Of a stretch of 64,000 nt of DNA, positions 49,628 to 64,000 are shown piece by piece. The notes below the pieces were generated by a model, which ran no database searches, was not told where the DNA came from, and saw only the letters and a list, made by a program, of their open reading frames with translations. The stretch's first letter is position 1. The number at the start of each line of letters is the position of its first letter. The stretch is from Euglena gracilis. Lineage: Eukaryota. The stretch covers positions 42,592,632-42,656,631 of the forward strand of contig CP154954.1 in NCBI GenBank assembly GCA_039621445.1. The letters run 5' to 3'. The position numbers were made by a program, and so were the translations under genes.

Positions 49628-51340
49628 GCGAGGGGGCGGTCTCTGTGTGTGGTGGGGAGGGGGGAGGGGGGAGTGGGGATGGAACGGTTGGGGGGGGGGG
49701 GCGAGGCGGTTGGGGCCCAAACACAAGCCACCCGTTGCCTAAACTTGGGTTGCTGCCGCAGGGTTGCTCAAATCTGGGGGTTGCTGAATTTGGAAGGGTA
49801 GCTTCAACTTGGACACACGGTCTACAAAAAATGCCGGTTTTCCATTGAAAGAAGGAGGTGGCAAATAATTTTGAGGAAAATGCACCCCTAAAAAAAAGCA
49901 GTAATTTGTAAACTTGTGGCTTCGTTGCTGATGATTGGCTGGATTGGAGATTTTCCTTTAATCATACCTGCATTTCAGGGAATATTGATATCGAATGCCT
50001 TTGGAAAAATTGCAGGAAAATTGCGGAAAAACTGCGGAAATTGCAGTTCTGGGAATTAATGCACGTCTGCTGGAGGGGACTCATAAAAATTTCAGGAATT
50101 TGGCCATTTTGCAACACAGGTGTAAACTTTGAGTCGTTATCCACATTTCTCCCTGTTTTTTTTGTAACTTTGGGAACATGCTGATTTAAAAATGGAAAAT
50201 CTGAAATGGAAAAAAAATTAAAAAACTTTGGTATCATGTAAAATCTGGTCAGGATGCGGAATTTTTCTGGGTCCAAAACTATCCCGAAGCAGAAATCGGG
50301 GGAAAACCCCAAAAAGGGCCAATTGACAATTTTCGCTAAATTTTATAATTTGCAAACTTGCAAAATTTGGCAAACTTGCAAAAAAATAGCAAGAAAAAAG
50401 CACCTGGGTGCCCTTGTGAAACGTTTGAGAAATGGCTGGAACTGATTTTCCTTTCACGTTCATGCGGAAAAATTCAGAAGAGGGGAAATAATTGCGGGAA
50501 AAAATGCAAAAGCTGCGGAAAAATTGCGGAAAAATTGCGGGAAAAATGTGGCCATCAAAATTCCCTCTGTTAAACTTTGGGTTTATTCAAATTTAATGTG
50601 TGTCGGTCGGTTCGGCCCCAAAGGTTGCTAATGGAAATGGAATGGTGGGGGGTAACCCCCCCCCCCGAATAACCCCCTCCAAAAACCAGGGTTTTATTTC
50701 TGGGTTCATTGCTGGAAACCTCCAAAAGTGGTCTTATCTTCAGGAGGCTTCATTTTTGAATTTTTATTGACCGACCAGTCAGGCACCCCAAAAATCTTCA
50801 TTTTGGGGGCCAGGCCCCAAAACTCTCCGCCTGTCACCGTGTGAAATTTGGCTTGATCGAGAACTCACAATATTTTTGGGCCTCAAAAATCCCAGAATAT
50901 CAGCAAGCTCATCCCTTTGGCCGTAAAATCGGAATACTTTTCAAGGTGTTTTTCACCGTCCTTGACACCTGGCATCGTTATGGTGGGGGGGCTTAAATTT
51001 GGGGGGTCTAATTGTTGAGCTTTTGCTCAATTCGCCCGGGGGAGGTCTGATTTTTGGGGGTTTACAAGAAATGCAGCCTGTCCCTGTCAGGGCAAAGCCA
51101 GGCCACCCCCCAGAACACGGCGGGCGGCACACACCCCTGGCCCCGGGGTGGGCCTCACAAGCGCCGTCGCACCGCAACGGACGAGGGTCGGGAGAGACGA
51201 GGGATGTTGGGGTTCGCTCGGGGGAGGGGGAGGGCCGGCACCCCCGCCTGTACCAAAGGGACGGGGCAGTGGTGAGGTGTGGCGGCACAGGGGCTGCACA
51301 GTGCGGGGGACAGCGGCGGCGGCGGCCGGCCGGGCGGGGG

Positions 51341-58208
<6,868 letters not shown>

Positions 58209-58378
58209 ATGGCGAGGGGAGCTGTCAGGAGGCCAATAGGGACCACGGCGGACACTGCTAGGAGAGGTTTGCGTTGCATGCGTGTTTTGTGTGTGTGTGT
58301 GTGTGTGTGTGTTGTGTGTCGTGTGTGTGTGTGTGTGACGGGTGTTGTGTGTCGTGTGTGTGTGTGTGTGTGAGGGGT

Positions 58379-58424
<46 letters not shown>

Positions 58425-58859
58425 CGTGCGTGCGTGGGTGGGTGGGTGGGTGGGTGTTGTGTGCGTGCGTGCGCGCGCGCGTGCGTGTGTGTGCGTGTGC
58501 CGCTTTGTGTTTGTGCGCGCTTGTGTTTGTCTGTTGGGGGCCTCGGACACATGGCTTGACAAGATGGCTGACACGAAATTCAGCTGCTGGATGGATTCGA
58601 AGAGGACCCCTAAAACCATGTTGATACATGACCCGATATTTTCCCCATTCCACAGCACAAGATTTTTGCTTTCAGCTCCATTTCAGCCTCCATTCAGCCA
58701 CTCCGTTTCAATCACCCCTTTGTCTACATTGTGCCATGCAATGGAACAGAGTATATTAGAATGAATCCAAAACCTCCTGTGAGGTTATTTGGTAAAATCA
58801 CATGTTCATATTACATTCATCACATATTCATAATACACATATTCATTATATATGCATGT

Positions 58860-59377
58860 GGCAGCTGCCTACTACTTGCCCCCCCTCCCTGGGGGTGAGT
58901 AGTGGTCGTGGGGGGGGGGGACAGTGACACCGGCACCAAGTTTGGGGGAAAGTCGGGGCCATGGATAGGTGATAAGGCCAGGGTTCCGACCGGATTCCCG
59001 GAGGACTCACGTTCTTAGGAATATAGGGAGAAGTTAGGTTACATTTCAGACCAAGCTCGGCAGAATATAGGTCGACTTTGGGCAATTAGGTGGCAAAAAG
59101 TGTTCCCCAAAATCAAAAAAATCCCCAAAATGGGGACATAACTTCCGGCCTGACTCTGTCCCTAAATAGTGCCGATTTTAGCCAAGCCGATCCTAACCCT
59201 AACCCTATTCCTAAAAAAAGGCGCACACGTCCCCGGATACGCCGGTGGTGGCCTGGATTTGGCGCGGTTCGGGGGCGCCGTGGGCCCGAAAAGAAAAAAG
59301 TCGGACCCGGTCATCCATACGACCCCCCCCTCCCGATCATTCTTAACGGCCCGGGGGGCATTAAGAGTGATGCTGCC
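58860..59377. mobile_element. GGCAGC...GCTGCC TIR element with telomere-like hexamers
   Basis: Ends GGCAGCTGCCTACTACTTGCCCCC / GGGGGCATTAAGAGTGATGCTGCC; ATGT on both flanks; internal CCTAACCCTAACCCTA. Related to 61038-63221. Confidence 0.55.
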
Positions 59378-60868
59378 ATGTATATGTACGTATACATAGA
59401 AGAATTTATCTTTACGCGCCATCACATCACATTTTCTCACATTCCCATTTCTTCCTGCTTTTGTGGCAGCTGTAACGTTTGCTGCTTCTTGTGCCGAAAT
59501 CCAAAGCCATCAGAAAAACTATGGCAAAATGATATTGGGAATGGGCACAATTCTTCTGAAGGGGACTGATTGACATCCACAGTTTTCCCGCAGTTTTCTG
59601 TGTTTTCTGTTGTTCGGTTTTTTTTTTAAGCCGGAGTGGACCCTGCCCACCCAGGGGGGGGGTCCAGCCAGCCAGCACCTTTTCTCCAGCCGGCACCTCC
59701 CAGCTGGGACCCCGGGGGGGGGGGGTCCGCTGAAAGTTCGGGGCAGCCGGGCAGGACTGAAAAAAATTTTCGGCACAAATTGGCGAAAATTTTTGGGAAA
59801 AGGGTGTCAGAAATGGCATTTTGGGTGGTTTTGGTGCTTCCCCTCCAATTCTTGTTGGATTTAGGCTGTTGGGGGGCATTTTTTGGGGTACCAATCGGGT
59901 CCAGCTCCCAGCCGGCTGGACCCCTCCGCCCCCCCCCCCCCCCCGAACCCACAACCCCTGGGGGTCCAGCCAGCACCTTTTTTCCAACCCGTGGGACCCC
60001 CCCTGGGGTCCCAAAGAAAACCCCTGCTGCAGTCTCTGAAATTCTTCTGCAACTTTTTCCCTTTCTGCATTTTCCACATGAACTGGACAATTGAACGTGC
60101 AATGAGGTGCAGCCATTCCACAAATTATTCACAAGGCGGGGGGGACACCGGCGCTTTGCTTTCCCATTTGTTTGCATTCTCTCCAAATCTTGGCAAAATT
60201 TAGTCAAAATTGTCCAATTTGGTAATTTTTGTTTTTTTTTTCCTTGAATTGTTCTGGGAAATATCTGCCTTAGAAAAGTTTTGCATCTAGACCAGATTTT
60301 CCCTGAGACCAAACTTTTTATCAATTTTTTTGTTATTTTGATTTTCGGGCCAGAAATATTTACTTTTGGAACCACCATGTTCCCAGAATTGCAAATTTCA
60401 TGTTCTTGCACTTTTTTTTTGTTGGAAGACGGCTCAGTACATCCACCAATGTTGCGAAATGAAAACAGAATGACCGAGAAAGTGGATTTTTTCTCACTCC
60501 CCCCCCGGACCCCACAAATAACTTTTTTGCTCCTTTGCATCGTCCTTTGGGCTAATATCCCCAATTCTATTTTGGACAACGTCTGAAAACTGTTGACGGA
60601 CCTGTTTTTTTTTTCACCTTGTCTGAAGGCAATGTGGTGTTGACACCACTTTTCTTTCATTGAATGTGCTTTTGGACATCTGTGCGGGGGACTGTGGAAA
60701 CAGCATGGCATTCTGCATGAATTTACAACATCTATCGCCAGACGGTTTTCCAGAAAAGTTTATCATTTTCATGTTTGTCCTTGGGAAAAGGGGGCGGATG
60801 ATCTTCAGCCTTCTCCCATTGTTATTCAGGAATGTAACACCTAACTAACTCAGCAACACTGAATATAT

Positions 60869-60948
<80 letters not shown>

Positions 60949-61483
60949 ATATATATATATATATATATACTATATATATATATATATATATCGTCTATAT
61001 ATATATATCTCTCTCTATCTCTATATCTATATCTCATGGCAGCTACACTTTACTTGGCCCCCCCCGGGGGGGTCCAAGTAAAGACTCCCGGGGGTCAAAA
61101 TAGTTTTTTTGCGTTAATGATGGGATAGGGTTAGGTGCGCGACTTAGGCTTAGGCAGGGTTCGATATAAGGACAGGTGGGGGGGGGTGATCCGGACCCCC
61201 CCCTGCGGGCCAGGAGGGGGGGGGTGGGGGGGGACACCCCCCCCCACCTAAACAGGTGCGCGGGCAGGGTGGCCGAATTTTCGGCCCGGCGCGAAGTGCC
61301 GGGCCGAAAATTTTTGACCCCCCAAAACGACCAAAAGTGCCATTTTGGGCACTTTTTGGGCAAAAATGTGCCAAAAATGCAAAAAATTTTCGGCGCGAAG
61401 CGCCGGAGGAAAAAATTGACCCTTTTTGGGGGGGGTCAATTTTTGCCCCCGAGGGTCGGTCCGGACCCCCCTTGCAGGTGGGG

Positions 61484-62924
61484 TTTGGGTTTGGGTTTGC
61501 TTTGCCCTGCTGACGCGCAGTGCCCACGGTCAGCAGACCCAGCGTGAGCGCCAGGCCAGCTTCCGTGGGGCACACCCAGGGCCCGGGCACACTTGAACAC
61601 CAGAGCAGGAAACTGTGACATCCAGCAGCCCAGCAGCCCAGCAGCCCAGCAGCCCAGAAGGCTTCAGGAGAGGAGTGCAAGCATGCCCATGAAGGACTTG
61701 TTGGACAGCCCCAGAAGAAGTTCGGTCGGATGAACACCACAGACTTGATGGACAGCCCCAGAAGAAGTTCGGTCGGATGAACACCACAGACTTGTTGAAC
61801 AGCGCCAGAAGAAGTTCGGTCGGATGAACACCACAGACTTGTTGGACAGCGCCAGAAGAAGTTCGGTCGGATGAACACCACAGACTTGTTGGACAGCGCC
61901 AGAAGAAGTTCGGTCGGATGAACACCACAGACTTGTTGGACAGCGCCAGAAGAAGTTCGGTCGGATGAACACCACAGACTTGTTGGACAGCGCCAGAAGA
62001 AGTTCGGTCGGATGAACACCACAGACTTGTTGGACAGCGCCAGAAGAAGTTCGGTCGGATGAACACCACAGACTTGTTGGACAGCGCCAGAAGAAGTTCG
62101 GTCGGATGAACACCACAGACTTGTTGGACAGCGCCAGAAGAAGTTCGGTCGGATGAACACCACAGACTTGTTGGACAGCGCCAGAAGAAGTTCGGTCGGA
62201 TGAACACCACAGACTTGTTGGACAGCGCCAGAAGAAGTTCGGTCGGATGAACACCACAGACTTGTTGGACAGCCGCAGAAGAAGTTCGTCGGATGAACAC
62301 CACAGACTGTTGGACACGCCAGAATAAGTTAGGTTGGATGAACACCACAGACTTGTTGGACCGCTCTAGAAGAAGTTCGGTCGGATGAACACCACAGACT
62401 TGTTGGACAGCGCCAGAAGAAGTTCGGTCGGATGAACACCACAGACTTGTTGGACAGCGCCAGAAGAAGTTCGGTCGGATGAACACCACAGACTTGTTGG
62501 ACAGCGCCAGAAGAAGTTCGGTTTGATGAAGACCACAGACTTGTTGGACAGCGCCAGAAGAAGTTCGGTCGGATGAACACCACAGACTTGTTGGACAGCG
62601 CCAGAAGAAGTTCGGTCGGATGAACACCACAGACTTGTTGGACAGCGCCAGAAGAAGTTCGGTTGGATGAACACCACAGACTTGTTGAACAGCCCCAGAA
62701 GAAGTTCGGTTGGATGAACACCACAGACTTGTTGGACAGCGCCAGAAGAAGTTCGGTCGGATGAACACCACAGACTTGTTGGACAGCGCCAGAAGAAATT
62801 CGGTCGGATGAACACCACAGACTTGTTGGACAGCCCCAGAAGAAGTTCGGTCGGATGAACACCACAGACTTGTTGGACAGCCCCGAACACCACAGACTTG
62901 TTGGACAGCCCCAGAAGAAGTTCG
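61484..62924 (-). mobile_element. Retroposon-like insertion with a 14-bp TSD
   Basis: CCTTGCAGGTGGGG at 61470-61483 and 62925-62938; no TIRs. The minus-strand 3' end has a CTGCTGAC/GTCAGCAG stem-loop followed by GCAAACCCAAACCCAAA. Confidence 0.7.
61696..62924. repeat. Tandem array of a 47-bp unit (~26 copies)
   Basis: Unit ACACCACAGACTTGTTGGACAGCGCCAGAAGAAGTTCGGTCGGATGA; period 47 (e.g. 61921, 61968); near-identical copies with no spacers. Confidence 0.95.
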
Positions 62925-63217
62925 CCTTGCAGGTGGGGGGGGGGTGGTCGGGACCCCCCCCTGCGGGCCAGGGGGGGGGGGGGGGGGGGGGGGGACACCC
63001 CCCCCACCTAAACCATGTACGCCCTCCTTATATCGAACCCTGGGCTTAGGCTTAGGCCTAACTTATAGACGGGTGTCCGGCGTACAAGTTAGGCCTAACC
63101 CTAAGCCTAAGTCGCGCACCTAACCCTACTCCATCATTAACGCAACTGACGTCCCCCCCCCCCCCCGGGAGTCTTTACTTGGACCCCCCCCGGGGGGGGG
63201 GCCAAGTAAAGTGTAGC

Positions 63218-63264
<47 letters not shown>

Positions 63265-63265
63265 C

Positions 63266-63341
<76 letters not shown>

Positions 63342-63696
63342 AATTTTTACCAGCTTCATTTATTAAATTACCACCTTTTGTAGACTTCAGGAAGAGACGT
63401 TAAAAGTCCCCAAATAATCCATAAGCGACAGCTCATGCTCCACAGAGAAAGATCAAAAAATCACCAAATTGATTGATTGAAAAAAAACAGCTGTTGGGAC
63501 CAGAAAACAACTGCTGGCCACCAAGCATGAAATTTGCCTCCATTTCTGGATGGGGATGTCATATACCAGTGCACAGCTGCCGCCACGAGGAGACATTGCG
63601 ATTTATGACCGTCAGCTGTACAGAGAGCACGGCATCTACAAATGTGGAAGAGAGGTGTTTGCTTATCCTACTGCTATGACACAGACACACTTGGAG

Positions 63697-63990
63697 CAGG
63701 CTGTTTTTTTTACCAACCCCGGGGGGGAGGGGGGGGTCCGGAGTGCCTGTGAGTGCCTGCCCAGGCAGGCACTACCCCCCGGGGGGGGGTCGGGTTTCGG
63801 CCTGTGCCCAGGCACATTCCTTTGAAAATAGGCCATTTTTGGCTCCCCGGCGCCTTTGGCGCCGGGGTTGTGCTAGGGTACTTTTGGCCGTGTGCCCCCC
63901 CCCCCCCCCGGGGGGGGGTCGGATCGGGAGTGCCTTGGAGTGCCTGCTCAGGCAGGCACCCCCCCCCCCCCAGGTGGGGTCGGCACCAAG
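63697..63990. mobile_element. Copy of the 17417 MITE family, right TIR missing
   Basis: Starts CAGGCTGTTTTTTTTACCAACCC and tracks 17417-17695 closely. Confidence 0.8.
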
Positions 63991-64000
63991 CACCTATGAC

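Larger units (their letters stand above)
61155..63042. mobile_element. hAT-like element nested in the foldback element
   Basis: 18-bp TIR CAGGGTTCGATATAAGGA; perfect TSD GGCTTAGG. Confidence 0.88.
61038..63221. mobile_element. Foldback element with ~115-bp TIRs, inserted in (TA)n
   Basis: GGCAGCTACACTTTACTTGGCCCC...TAGGGTTAGGTGCGCGACTTAGGCTTAGG is mirrored at ~63100-63221. Confidence 0.85.

Noticed and set aside
59626-60711. 361-aa minus-strand ORF
   Set aside because: It runs through a MITE and AT-rich repeat sequence, shows no domain, and its composition is unlike the real exons.
61696-62924. CRISPR array
   Set aside because: Units are contiguous and near-identical with no unique spacers, no cas genes are present, and the context is eukaryotic.
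61150-63007. Long minus-strand ORFs with a 47-aa periodicity
   Set aside because: They arise from a stop-free 47-bp unit cycling through the frames and are broken by indels near 62270-62330. No domain is recognisable.

Overview
Eukaryotic nuclear DNA with the hallmarks of a euglenid (Euglena-like) genome: short GC-rich exons, long repeat-filled introns, G/C homopolymer runs, (CA)n/(TA)n/(CAA)n microsatellites, and a mix of GT-AG/GC-AG introns with non-canonical introns whose ends base-pair. Almost every ORF in the supplied track is spurious; I rebuilt the real genes by hand from exons. Five multi-exon genes lie head-to-tail on the minus strand: a 4-RRM RNA-binding protein (58208-51341), a single-domain rhodanese (49627-46418), a CFAP77-like ciliary protein (45732-39781), a signal-peptide protein with one fibrillar-collagen C-propeptide (COLFI)/Caspr-type fibrinogen-like domain and no triple helix (35592 to ~29880), and an ankyrin-repeat gene (from 28850) that probably continues through coiled-coil and low-complexity exons to ~5.5 kb. 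The introns and intergenic DNA carry at least 12 non-autonomous TIR elements with CA(G)...(C)TG ends and 8-bp target duplications. There is also a 2.9-kb TIR element with a 5-bp TSD, a PHD-carrying element, and a nested cluster whose core is a retroposon-like insert with a 47-bp tandem array. Main observation: several non-canonical introns read 3 nt + CAG/CGG ... CTG/CCG + 5 nt. Removing such an intron would delete a CAG...CTG element plus exactly one 8-bp TSD, which matches the co-resident MITEs and suggests an intron-generating transposon system. All exon boundaries are manual inferences without transcript data.
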